Source: a virus. Taken from it: a stretch of 64,000 bases of DNA. The DNA lies in IMG/VR virus record IMGVR_UViG_3300042881_006586; one strand, 5' to 3'. Made by a program: the position numbers and the translations under genes. Positions 29,760-39,839 of the stretch are shown here, piece after piece. The notes beneath the pieces were generated by a model. The model made no database searches and was not told the origin of the DNA. It was given only the letters and a program-made list of their open reading frames with translations. Position 1 is the first letter of the stretch, and every line of letters begins with the position of its first letter.

Positions 29760-31097
29760 CTAACTTATGTTGTTTAATAATATTAGGTTGGAAAAAGCCA
29801 TATACTCATCTGTAGGACTTACTTTTATATTTTTTGCTGTTATATTAATATTTTTACCTTTTAATTTAGGCTCTAATAAATCATTGATAAATATTGCACT
29901 ATATATACTATTTATATCATAACGATTGTTTTGTATTATTTCTGACTTACATTTTTCAATGAACTCTTCACCTAAAAAACTTATTATATTTTCTATATTT
30001 TTTTCTTGCACTTGATTATTTTCTGAATTGAATCGTATATCAAGAATTTGTATTTTATTTTTTTCTTCAGATACAAACTCTTCTATGTATTTCAAAGCTT
30101 CTTCATATTGACGTTTAAATAATTCGTGTATTTTAGCTATTTCTTTTTGTTTTTCTTCTTCAGAGAAATTTTGATAAGAAAGATTTTTTAATAAGTCGTT
30201 ATCCAACCATTTTGCAGTTTCACCGTTTTCCCATTTAAAAACTATTTCTTTTGAGTCATTAAATTTTTTGTAATCATCTTTAAGTTGAGTTTTCTCATAG
30301 TCTACATATCTGTCAGGGCGATAAAAAGTAACGGTGGGTGCAATGCCTAAACTTCCATATATTTTCCATCCATCTTTATGTTTTAAAGTTACATATATAA
30401 CTCCTTCTTTTGTGGTAGTAGACTTATATCCATAACTTCTTATTTCTGTAGGTTTAGCTGAAATGTTTAAAACCTCAAAATCACCATTATATTTACTATC
30501 ACCACCTAAATCTACTTTGTTAGATTCTTTTTCAAATTTATTCCTTTCATTATATATTTTTTCGGCTAAAGATATTTGTGCTGCACTTAATGTCCCTTTA
30601 GAATATAATTGGTCTCTTAAACTTTTTGCTATTTTATGATTTGCACTCAACCATAAATCTAAATTAGGATTTACCGTAAGGATGTCTTGTATTTTTTTTA
30701 ATCTATCTGTGGTAATCCTATTCCTTAAACCCATTTTTTTTGCATCTTTAGCATCAAACGCAAATTTTAATATACTTTTAGCACAATCAAATCCTACAAA
30801 AATATACTCATCATTATTTTTATTTTTAAACAAGGTTCTATTTGTAATAGATTTATTACAAATTGCACATTTTTCTTTATCATTTTTCAATATTGCAACA
30901 CGTACATCATAATCATATCCATCATCGACAGGCTCTAAATATTTTTCACCATTACTATCAAAATCTATTAATACTGCAGCTCCTACATAATCATAATCTT
31001 CAGGATATATATTCGTTCCAACAAACTTATTTATGTTTAAATCTTCTTTTAACAATTTTATTTTATTGTATTGAGCTTCTGTAATTAGTATTTTCAT
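29760..31097 (-). CDS. accessory protein with CxxC...C zinc-binding motif
   Basis: MKILITEAQY leader; CAIC...VGFDCA; own ATATTTATA motif. Confidence 0.6.
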   Translation of the reverse strand: MKILITEAQYNKIKLLKEDLNINKFVGTNIYPEDYDYVGAAVLIDFDSNGEKYLEPVDDGYDYDVRVAILKNDKEKCAICNKSITNRTLFKNKNNDEYIFVGFDCAKSILKFAFDAKDAKKMGLRNRITTDRLKKIQDILTVNPNLDLWLSANHKIAKSLRDQLYSKGTLSAAQISLAEKIYNERNKFEKESNKVDLGGDSKYNGDFEVLNISAKPTEIRSYGYKSTTTKEGVIYVTLKHKDGWKIYGSLGIAPTVTFYRPDRYVDYEKTQLKDDYKKFNDSKEIVFKWENGETAKWLDNDLLKNLSYQNFSEEEKQKEIAKIHELFKRQYEEALKYIEEFVSEEKNKIQILDIRFNSENNQVQEKNIENIISFLGEEFIEKCKSEIIQNNRYDINSIYSAIFINDLLEPKLKGKNINITAKNIKVSPTDEYMAFSNLILLNNIS

Positions 31098-31149
31098 TTT
31101 TTATTTTTTATTATAAATATAGAAAAAATATCTATTATTAGAATATTTT

Positions 31150-31536
31150 TTAATTATCTGAAATCATTTCTCCACTGCCATCTTCTTCAATTTCTTCAGA
31201 ATCCTCCAAAGGTGGCATCATTCTCAAAAATACAAAAGGAAATGCATATATTTTATCAGCAACTTCACTTTTAATAATGAACCATTGCAATTTCTTATGG
31301 CTTTCAACCACTAAATCTCCTAAAATTTCAAAATAAGCATCGTTGGCAGGAAATATTTCTTTTGGAATTGAATAATAATCGTTAAACATAAATAATATAT
31401 AACCTGTCATTCCACTATGAATTTCAATCACTCTTCTCCCTATAACATAATTATGATAATATTCCAAATCTTGAATATACTCAACAACTTCTTTTGGAAG
31501 ATTGTATTTTTTATTATTGATTTCTATTTCTATCAT
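31150..31536 (-). CDS. hypothetical protein
   Basis: 128 aa, overlaps the helicase stop. Confidence 0.6.
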   Translation of the reverse strand: MIEIEINNKKYNLPKEVVEYIQDLEYYHNYVIGRRVIEIHSGMTGYILFMFNDYYSIPKEIFPANDAYFEILGDLVVESHKKLQWFIIKSEVADKIYAFPFVFLRMMPPLEDSEEIEEDGSGEMISDN

Positions 31537-33329
31537 GAGTTTAAATTTTGTTCTCCGTAAAATATATTTCTATTTTGTTGTTTACTATTGGACACTCTAT
31601 AAACATCTTCTTCAATTGAACCATCAAATAGACAATAGAACACTTCCACATCATTTTTCCTACCTATCCTCCAAGCTCTACCTTCAGCTTGCTCATGTTC
31701 ATCAGAACTCCAAGATGGGCTATTGAAATAAATAACATCTGCTTTGGTTATATTTAAACCTGTTCCTATTGACTTTATGTTCCCAATCAATACTTTTTTA
31801 TCAGGATTTTCCATAAATTCTTTTATCATTGCTTCCCTTCGCTTTCCATCCATTCCTGAATCAACACATACTGCATACTTACTCAATTTTTTCTTTAATC
31901 TTTCATATTCTTCAACAAAATTGGTAAATATTATACAAGTTTTATCGTCTTCTATAGTTGATAACACTGATAATACGGTATGTTCTACTTTTTGAATTGC
32001 ATAAAATTGTCTTAAAAGTATTGATTCTACTAAATCTTTTGTATCTTCTACTGAACGATTGCCTTTTTTGAGCATATACTTCTCAAATAATTCAGAGGCT
32101 TCCTGTTGCTGTTTTTTACTTAATTCAAAATAAAGTTCGCTTATTATCTTTTCAGGGAATCCTTCAATCATCTTTTCGGTTCTTCTTCTCCTTTGAATAA
32201 ACTTTATTCTCTGAGATAGTTCATATGTATTAGTATTAGCAGTTTTCCTAAGAAATTGTTTTTGACCTCCTTTCATATTTTGTTTGAAAGCTCCACAATA
32301 TCTTTTGGCATATTCTTCATATTTTGCATACCAAACATTGAAATGGTAATCATTTGCTGTATAGATTATATCGCTAACATTTAGGTTAAGATTCCTGCAA
32401 ATATCATAAAATTCTTCATTTTTTTCTATAGCAGTGGCAGACATTGCCCAAACATATTGAATATTAGGATTTGATGTTAAAGCTCTAATTACTTCACTTT
32501 TCTTAGCTTTAGGTTTTCTAAATTTTTGAACTTCATCTATTATTATGCAATCATATCCTTCATTGTATAGCGGTCTGTACGGTATTTCCTTACTTTTCCC
32601 TCTTTTAGCTTCTTCATGATATGCCATTAGAACATCGCAACCTATAATAGTATAGGTATAAGGTTCTTCAATCCAACCGTTTTCCCCCCAAATGATTTTA
32701 CAGGTTTGATTCCAATGAGCCAATTCTTTTTTCCAATCTAATTGTTTTCCTGCAATACAAACAATTAATACTTTTTTACATTTTCCTGCAATTGTGGCTG
32801 CAATAGAGGAATAAGTTTTACCTGCACCTACTGTATCCATCAAAAAGCACTTTTTTTGATGCAAAAGAAATTGTACGGCACTTTCTTGATGTTCAAACAA
32901 TTTTCCTTTGGAGAAATTTTTGTTTAGTTCTTCAAAGTCTACAGGATATCTTGTATAAATTTTTTCATACAAATCCCCTACTTCTTCTCTATAAATCCAA
33001 AAATAGGTATAATTATTAGGAGACTTTTTATATCTGACATGATACCATTCATCAGTTTCTCCTACAATACCATTGATAGTTACTTTCGGAGCAGGTCTAT
33101 CTAAATTAAAATCATTTTTTATTCTTTCTTCAGTAATCTTTCCTACTTCTATTGTTAGAGTTGAAAATTCATAGGGTTTGAATTTATAATTTTTTATAAG
33201 ATATTCATTTTCAAAATCTGAAAGCTCAAAACCTCTTTCAGTTCTATATTTTTTCTCAATTTCGAGTATAAATGGATTGTCATCTGTGTAAGACAATAAT
33301 TCTTTTATATTAAATTCAGGATATTTCAT
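31533..33329 (-). CDS. SNF2-family (SF2) helicase
   Basis: HQ, DTVGAGKT, IIDE, SAT, GTGLNIT, QAEGRAWRIG. Confidence 0.9.
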   Translation of the reverse strand: MKYPEFNIKELLSYTDDNPFILEIEKKYRTERGFELSDFENEYLIKNYKFKPYEFSTLTIEVGKITEERIKNDFNLDRPAPKVTINGIVGETDEWYHVRYKKSPNNYTYFWIYREEVGDLYEKIYTRYPVDFEELNKNFSKGKLFEHQESAVQFLLHQKKCFLMDTVGAGKTYSSIAATIAGKCKKVLIVCIAGKQLDWKKELAHWNQTCKIIWGENGWIEEPYTYTIIGCDVLMAYHEEAKRGKSKEIPYRPLYNEGYDCIIIDEVQKFRKPKAKKSEVIRALTSNPNIQYVWAMSATAIEKNEEFYDICRNLNLNVSDIIYTANDYHFNVWYAKYEEYAKRYCGAFKQNMKGGQKQFLRKTANTNTYELSQRIKFIQRRRRTEKMIEGFPEKIISELYFELSKKQQQEASELFEKYMLKKGNRSVEDTKDLVESILLRQFYAIQKVEHTVLSVLSTIEDDKTCIIFTNFVEEYERLKKKLSKYAVCVDSGMDGKRREAMIKEFMENPDKKVLIGNIKSIGTGLNITKADVIYFNSPSWSSDEHEQAEGRAWRIGRKNDVEVFYCLFDGSIEEDVYRVSNSKQQNRNIFYGEQNLNS

Positions 33330-33413
33330 ATTTCAAAATATTTATTAAAAAGCAGATATTTTATAGCGTAGTTAAACTACAGCAAATATAATAAATATAA
33401 ATCTCAAAATAAA

Positions 33414-33926
33414 ATGAATTTAGCACCTTTAAATAATAATAACAAATTCTTTTCTGATAATGAATATGATTATTATGTTAGTCAAGCAAGAGAACATTTG
33501 GCTTCTCTTGATACTAAAATTATTTTTTATAAGGTGAATAAGGCTAAATCTCAAATAGATGATTTGTACGGTGAAGCATATGAAGAAGAGGTTACATTAG
33601 ATAGTCCTATTGAAATCCCTGCAATTGTAAAAATTGAAGCTCCTGAGAATAAATCTTATATCAGTGACAAAACCATACTACGTTTTGAGGAATATGGGAA
33701 TTTGACTGCAAGCCTTTTAATTGGAGATTTAGATTTTTATAATGCAAATATTGTATATGGTGATTACATAGGATATAGACTTACTGAAACTCAAGTTTTA
33801 TATTTTCAAGTAGTAAATGATATGCAAAAATTAGGAAGTAAAAATACTTTCTTAGGATATAAGCCTTATTGGAAAACAATTACATGTGCTCCTGTGAATA
33901 AAGGAGAAGAATTCTTTCAACTGTAA
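33414..33926 (+). CDS. head-closure/neck protein, T4 gp14-like
   Basis: DDLYGEA motif; position before gp15-like and sheath genes. Confidence 0.65.
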   Translation: MNLAPLNNNNKFFSDNEYDYYVSQAREHLASLDTKIIFYKVNKAKSQIDDLYGEAYEEEVTLDSPIEIPAIVKIEAPENKSYISDKTILRFEEYGNLTASLLIGDLDFYNANIVYGDYIGYRLTETQVLYFQVVNDMQKLGSKNTFLGYKPYWKTITCAPVNKGEEFFQL

Positions 33927-34939
33927 TGAAAAGAACCATAGATGATAATATAAAATTAAATGGTAAGCAACAGCAAGTTAAACTTGTTGAAGATACTGTT
34001 AAGAATGATACTTTTTTCCCAAAAGGGGTACATATAGATGATATGGATAGGGCTGTAAGGGATAATTTCAAAGAAAAATTTGAAATTGTTTCTCAAGGAA
34101 AAGCTATTCCTTTTTTGGATATATTTTCAATTCAAAGGTTTTCTGAATTTATGAAAACTTGGCAGAATGTCGATGAGACAAATACTATCAATTTGCCATT
34201 TATTATTATGGTTCGTGAAAAAGCTGAAAAGGGTACAAATCTTGGTGGAAATTTTAATATCGCAAGTGATATAACTTTTCCTGTATGGAAAAGAAATACT
34301 GTAAGAAATGGTAGAGCAACTGTGGATTTTTACCAAATTGCGCAACCTGTTAATATTGATATGGATTATACTGTACATTTATTTACATCTCACCAAAGGG
34401 AAGTTAATATGATGGATGAGATGATGTTGCATGCTTTCAAATCTGCACAATATTATATACTTGTTAACGGACATCATATGCCTTTATTTTTAGAAGCAAT
34501 GGATGATGATTCTCAGGTAGGCGATTTAGAAAAGAGAAAATATTATCATAAAAAATATAGTTTGAAATTAAAAGGATATTTATTGAGAGAAGAGGATTTT
34601 AGAAAGCTGCCTTCTATTGATAGAATAATTTTAAAGACACATGCTTCTTATGAAAGTAATGCTTATTGTGAAGTAAAAGAAGTTGATTTTAAATGTGATT
34701 TATGTTTAAATTATAAGTTTAATAGAAAATCTCCTAATTCACAAACATATAGAATTCCTATGAGATTGGAATTTTATTATGACAATCAAAATCCTGCGAA
34801 TGATTATAGTTATTTTTTGAATGGGAATTTAGTTACTCTACCCTTTATTGCGGAAAAAGGTGATGAGTTAACAGTAAGCCATAATCTGCGCAAACAAAAC
34901 ATCATTAATATAACTGTGTGCGCAAAAAAATTAGACTAA
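33926..34939 (+). CDS. tail terminator / sheath stabilizer, T4 gp15-like
   Basis: DMDRAV, LPFI, QPVNIDMDYTV, LKLKGYL; synteny. Confidence 0.65.
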   Translation: MKRTIDDNIKLNGKQQQVKLVEDTVKNDTFFPKGVHIDDMDRAVRDNFKEKFEIVSQGKAIPFLDIFSIQRFSEFMKTWQNVDETNTINLPFIIMVREKAEKGTNLGGNFNIASDITFPVWKRNTVRNGRATVDFYQIAQPVNIDMDYTVHLFTSHQREVNMMDEMMLHAFKSAQYYILVNGHHMPLFLEAMDDDSQVGDLEKRKYYHKKYSLKLKGYLLREEDFRKLPSIDRIILKTHASYESNAYCEVKEVDFKCDLCLNYKFNRKSPNSQTYRIPMRLEFYYDNQNPANDYSYFLNGNLVTLPFIAEKGDELTVSHNLRKQNIINITVCAKKLD

Positions 34940-34964
34940 AAAAACATGTTTTCAAATAATCTAA

Positions 34965-34973
34965 ATATTTATA
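34965..34973 (+). promoter_or_regulatory. putative late promoter ATATTTATA
   Basis: 16 nt before the sheath ATG; same motif before many structural genes. Confidence 0.6.
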
Positions 34974-34989
34974 ATAAAAATAAAATACA

Positions 34990-37900
34990 ATGGCAATTCA
35001 GAAACCTAATCTTGCACCATCAATAAAATTTACTGAAACAGATTTGACTTTTACCACGAGGAATTTTGGTATTACGTCACTTGGTATTTCAGGTGAATTC
35101 CCTAAAGGTAGAGCTTTTACTCCTATAGCAATTGATAACGTAACACTTTTTAAACAAGTATTTGGGGATAGCAATCCTTGTAAGTTTGAAGGAACTCAAC
35201 AACCTATATATGAGGGAGTTTATATTGCAAAACAATTTTTAACTGAATCAGACCAACTTTTCGCTTCGAGAGTTTTAGGTTTGACAGGATATGATGCAGG
35301 TGATGCTTGGGGAATCTCTTTTGGAGCTTCTCTTGACCCATCAACTGTAGCGACAACTTCAACTTCAACTTTCACTGCTACAATTAACTATGTAAATGGT
35401 AGTGTTGGAAGCGTAACATTTAGCAACTCAGTTCTTCAAGACCTATATGATGCAGGTCAAATCGAAGATGTTTTGCTTGGTGGCAGTACTTTAGAAACAG
35501 GTGATACAGTTGTAGTAGGGAACAAATTCTTAGGAGATTGTAGCACTTTCACAGGAGCACGATTCAATATGTCTGTAACAAATAAAGTTGAAACTTTCAT
35601 TTGTATCACAGGTGAAACTTCTGTAGGAACTACTCTTGAAGTTCCAAGTGAAGTTCAAAACTGTGTCGTTCTTTACTCAGGTGGAACAATTACTTATGAT
35701 AGTACATTTGTAATTACAGTTGTAAATCCAATTGTAGTTCAAAATGTTGTTACAAATGAACTTACGGTTGTTCCTTCAGGAATTTTAACTTTAGTGGGTG
35801 GAACAATTACTCATGATTTAGATGGTTCAATTGTAATCGAAAGCGGTTCAATTTTCTTCCCTAACGGTGATGTTTTCACAGGTGGTGAATATAAAATATG
35901 TGATTTGAATGATAATGTTGCAGTTTACGATTGTGATACAATTGATGGTATCAATTATACTCTTACAACAGGAACTACAATTATATATAATACTGTAACT
36001 TCAGGTACAACTCAACAGATTGTATCACAAATTCCATCAGGACTTATACAACTTGATTTCTCAGGTACAGTGATTGAACTTTCAGGAGCTCCTTATGCAC
36101 AATATGATAATATGATTGTAGCATTGCTTCGTTCTTTTGCTTCTTATGATGGAGATGAAATTTTGAATTTCCAAGTTGAAGGTAATGTAATCTCAATTGA
36201 ATCAATTGATGGTGGCATTATCAAACCTTTGGATGACTTCTTAATAAAAGGTACTAAAACAGATGGAAGTACATTTGAATTCAATGTTTCTTTTGATAAG
36301 GCAAAATCTAACTATATCTTGAGAGTGTTTGGTAACTTTATACCTTGTTGCCCTAACAATCTACCATTATATGTAGAAGACATATTTGAAACTACTTTCA
36401 ACAATTTGTTGGCTAATAATTTGATATACTGTATCAAACCTTCAATTTGTTATATCAATACTTTGAATAACTATAAAGAACCTTATCAAGGTGCAATGAC
36501 TCCTTGGATTGTTTCTGAATTTAGAGGTAACAGAGTAAATAGATTGTTTAGAATTCATACTTTCTCTGATGGTAATGCTGCCAATACAGATATAAAAGTG
36601 TCAATTACTAACATTAGACCTGATGCAAAAACTTTTGATATTCAAGTTCGTTCTTATGGCGATACAGATAGAAAGCCTGTTATCCTTGAATCTTATTCAA
36701 GATTGACTTTAAGAGAGCAAGATAACAACTTCATTGGAAGAAGAATCGGTACTGTAGATGGTAACTATGTATTGAATAGTAAATATATCATGATTGAATT
36801 GGCTGCAGATTGTTTGGATGAATCATTCCCTGCAGGTTTCGAAGGTTATCCTGTAAGAGATTACGATTGTATGGTTAATCCTCAAATGATTTACAAAACT
36901 CAATATGCTACAACTGATAAAGTTCGTCAAACATATCTCGGTTTCAATGATGTGATTGGATATGATGCAGATTTCTTTGATTACAAGGGAAGACCTGCTA
37001 ATGCTTTGCAACCTTATTGGACAGGAACTACTCTTGGTTTCCACTTAGATGTGAATGCTTCTTCAGCTACTATTGATGGAGTAGGTGTAGTTAACTTCGA
37101 AACAGGTGCTTATGCTTTCCAAAACGAAGGTGATTTATTCGGTACGGCTTATGAACCAATTTTTGCAAGAAAATTCACTGTACTTGCCTTTGGAGGGTTT
37201 GATGGATGGGATATTCACAGAAAAACGAGAACAAATACTGACTTATATACAGTTAATGGTGCTTTAGGACAAAAAGGTCTTACTTCAGGAGCTTTTGATG
37301 TATATAGCTCTGAAAATATAGCTGAAGGTCAAACTGTAATAAATTCTGACTACTATGCTTATTTAGAAGGTATTAGAAGTTTGCGTAACAGAAATGAATT
37401 TAGAATTAATTTACTTGCAACACCAAATGTTAATACTGCTGAAAATTCAAATCTTGTCGAAGAAGCAATTGATATGTGTGAAAACGAAAGATGTGATACT
37501 TTCTATGTAACCACTACTTTGGATGCGGATAGTTCAGGTCAAGTATTACTTCCGATTGATGTTGTAAGTACAATTCAAGATTTGTATAATTCTTCTTATG
37601 CAGCTACTTACTTCCCTTGGGGACAATTCCTTGATGAAGTTAATAATGTTTTCCTTTGGTTGCCTCCAACTGCTGAAGTAATGCGTATCTTTGCTTTGAC
37701 AGATAAAATCAGAAGACCTTGGTTTGCAGGAGCAGGTTTTGTTGTAGGTGAAACTCAATTTAAACAAGCGAGAAAGAAACTTAGACAAGATGAAATGGAT
37801 GAATTGTATGAAGGTCGTATAAACCCAATTTCAACATTCAGACAAGCTGATGGGACTTCACCTGTTTTTGTCTTTGGTAACAAAACTCTTCAAATTGCAG

Positions 37901-38223
37901 AATCTGCACTTGATAGAATAAATGTAAGACGATTGTTGTTGTATGCTCAACGTTTGATTGAAGATGTAAGTTTACCACTTCTTTTCGACCAAAATGATGA
38001 AACTGTAAGACGTAAATTTGAAAATAAAGTCAATCCAATTCTTGCAAATATCAGAAATGAAAGAGGTATTTTTGCATTCGAAGTTCAACTTGACCGTTCA
38101 AATGAAGCATTCAATTCAAATGAAATGAAAGGTAAGATTGGAATTCAGCCAACAAGAACTCTTGAATACATTAACATTGAATTTGTTTTAACACCTGCAG
38201 GTGCATCATTCCAAGATATTTAA
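34990..38223 (+). CDS. contractile tail sheath protein with large insertion
   Basis: ETDLT, GEFPKG, PWFAGAG, INPI, GNKTLQ, LDRINVRRL, PTRTLEYI. Confidence 0.95.
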   Translation: MAIQKPNLAPSIKFTETDLTFTTRNFGITSLGISGEFPKGRAFTPIAIDNVTLFKQVFGDSNPCKFEGTQQPIYEGVYIAKQFLTESDQLFASRVLGLTGYDAGDAWGISFGASLDPSTVATTSTSTFTATINYVNGSVGSVTFSNSVLQDLYDAGQIEDVLLGGSTLETGDTVVVGNKFLGDCSTFTGARFNMSVTNKVETFICITGETSVGTTLEVPSEVQNCVVLYSGGTITYDSTFVITVVNPIVVQNVVTNELTVVPSGILTLVGGTITHDLDGSIVIESGSIFFPNGDVFTGGEYKICDLNDNVAVYDCDTIDGINYTLTTGTTIIYNTVTSGTTQQIVSQIPSGLIQLDFSGTVIELSGAPYAQYDNMIVALLRSFASYDGDEILNFQVEGNVISIESIDGGIIKPLDDFLIKGTKTDGSTFEFNVSFDKAKSNYILRVFGNFIPCCPNNLPLYVEDIFETTFNNLLANNLIYCIKPSICYINTLNNYKEPYQGAMTPWIVSEFRGNRVNRLFRIHTFSDGNAANTDIKVSITNIRPDAKTFDIQVRSYGDTDRKPVILESYSRLTLREQDNNFIGRRIGTVDGNYVLNSKYIMIELAADCLDESFPAGFEGYPVRDYDCMVNPQMIYKTQYATTDKVRQTYLGFNDVIGYDADFFDYKGRPANALQPYWTGTTLGFHLDVNASSATIDGVGVVNFETGAYAFQNEGDLFGTAYEPIFARKFTVLAFGGFDGWDIHRKTRTNTDLYTVNGALGQKGLTSGAFDVYSSENIAEGQTVINSDYYAYLEGIRSLRNRNEFRINLLATPNVNTAENSNLVEEAIDMCENERCDTFYVTTTLDADSSGQVLLPIDVVSTIQDLYNSSYAATYFPWGQFLDEVNNVFLWLPPTAEVMRIFALTDKIRRPWFAGAGFVVGETQFKQARKKLRQDEMDELYEGRINPISTFRQADGTSPVFVFGNKTLQIAESALDRINVRRLLLYAQRLIEDVSLPLLFDQNDETVRRKFENKVNPILANIRNERGIFAFEVQLDRSNEAFNSNEMKGKIGIQPTRTLEYINIEFVLTPAGASFQDI

Positions 38224-38231
38224 ATTAAAAT

Positions 38232-39302
38232 ATGAAAAAATTTATAATACAAGAATTAAGAGCATTAGATAAACCCCGACTTGACGAATCAGGTATGCCA
38301 TCGGGGTTTACCTATGCTATAACAAATGGATTTGAAAATTGGGCTGCAAAAAAAGAAAGCTCTGAACTTTCAAATATCTATCAAACTTCTATTGAACTCA
38401 TAGCAAGTAAATTTGATGGAGAATTTGCAGAATATCTTAGAAAATCCCTAAGAAATTTAGGTAGAAGAAGATTCTTAGGAATTAAATTTAAAACAAAAAA
38501 TTTTAGTTATGTTCAACTTTTAGCTATTATTTCAAAATATCTTGATAATCCAAAAGATGCAACTAACTATGAAAATGTTTTTGAATTAGTTGGTGTTCCA
38601 ATGATAGAATACTTTTTAAGTAAAACTTTTGGAAGAAATAGTTTTTTAGCAGGTTTAAAGCAAATGACTCCTTTTTTACAAAAAGTTTCTACAGGAAATA
38701 GTTATCTTGATGGAGTTATTTTTAGAGCTTTAAATGACGCATTAAAAGATGTTGGAGTTAGAGGTGATTTAAAAGTAAAAATGCAACCATTCCTTACTTT
38801 AAGAATAAATAATATTGCTTCAGATGCAGAATTTAGTAATTTATTTAATGAGAATTTCCTAAAAAGAATGATATATGGAAAAGAGGCTGTAGATAAAATG
38901 ACTATGATTAAGCAAATCATAAGATATTTACCTTGGTTAAAAGGCTCTCTTAGAAAGAAAATTGATGAAAGTTTAAGGAATTTAAGTTATGAAGATATGA
39001 TGAGATTGGGCTTTAACCCAAAGAATCGTTTTCCTAACGCTGCAGTAATTGATAAAGCTGCAGAATTAGCTACTAAACCTATTTTGGAACATATAATAGA
39101 TGGTTCAGCAGAATTATATTTTAGTGATAGCGGATTTGAACCATTGATGCAAGTTGTAAAAGACGTATTCAAGAGTGATTTAGTTGCAAAAGCAATAAAA
39201 GGAGCTGTAAGAAAATTCATGTATGATGGAGTTCAAAAGGCAGTAGAGCTTCAAAGGAAAAAAGAAGAAGCTAAACGGAACAGAAAATCAAGAAGAAAAT
39301 AA
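38232..39302 (+). CDS. hypothetical helical protein inserted in the tail operon
   Basis: 356 aa ORF; MKKFIIQE leader. Confidence 0.65.
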   Translation: MKKFIIQELRALDKPRLDESGMPSGFTYAITNGFENWAAKKESSELSNIYQTSIELIASKFDGEFAEYLRKSLRNLGRRRFLGIKFKTKNFSYVQLLAIISKYLDNPKDATNYENVFELVGVPMIEYFLSKTFGRNSFLAGLKQMTPFLQKVSTGNSYLDGVIFRALNDALKDVGVRGDLKVKMQPFLTLRINNIASDAEFSNLFNENFLKRMIYGKEAVDKMTMIKQIIRYLPWLKGSLRKKIDESLRNLSYEDMMRLGFNPKNRFPNAAVIDKAAELATKPILEHIIDGSAELYFSDSGFEPLMQVVKDVFKSDLVAKAIKGAVRKFMYDGVQKAVELQRKKEEAKRNRKSRRK

Positions 39303-39314
39303 AAAATTAATAAA

Positions 39315-39500
39315 ATGATAGATTGTACAAAAGTAAGAAAAATGGTTATCAATCAAATTTTGCCTAATGGTGAAGTTTTGCAATCAGTTATCTATTTTGA
39401 TATTGATTCAGGAGACCAATTGACAGAAAACCAAGTTTCAAAATGTACTAACATACAAGCATTGACTTTTTCATGTGCTGTAGTATGTAACCCTGCTTAA
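39315..39500 (+). CDS. small Cys-containing protein, paralog A
   Basis: MIDCTKVRKMVINQILPNG shared with the next gene. Confidence 0.75.
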   Translation: MIDCTKVRKMVINQILPNGEVLQSVIYFDIDSGDQLTENQVSKCTNIQALTFSCAVVCNPA

Positions 39501-39502
39501 AT

Positions 39503-39766
39503 ATGATAGATTGCACTAAGGTAAGAAAAATGGTTATAAACCAAATTCTTCCTAATGGAGATGTTTTACAATCAACGATATATTTTGATATTGATACAGG
39601 TAGTCAACTAACTGAAAGTCAAGTTTCAAAATGTAAAAATATTGAATCTATCAATTTTATTTGTGCAGATATATGTACAGATGAAGTTATAACTCCTAAT
39701 TGTTGGTCTACTCCTATTGAAGGATGTTGGGAACTACCATCAGGGGAATTTTGGGAATTACCTTAA
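39503..39766 (+). CDS. small Cys-containing protein, paralog B with CW/WELP extension
   Basis: tandem duplicate of 39315. Confidence 0.75.
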   Translation: MIDCTKVRKMVINQILPNGDVLQSTIYFDIDTGSQLTESQVSKCKNIESINFICADICTDEVITPNCWSTPIEGCWELPSGEFWELP

Positions 39767-39839
39767 AAAAATTTTCAAAAAAAATTTTTTTTTGATATTT
39801 ATTTAAAAAATTACAATAAACAAAAATAACAAATAATAT

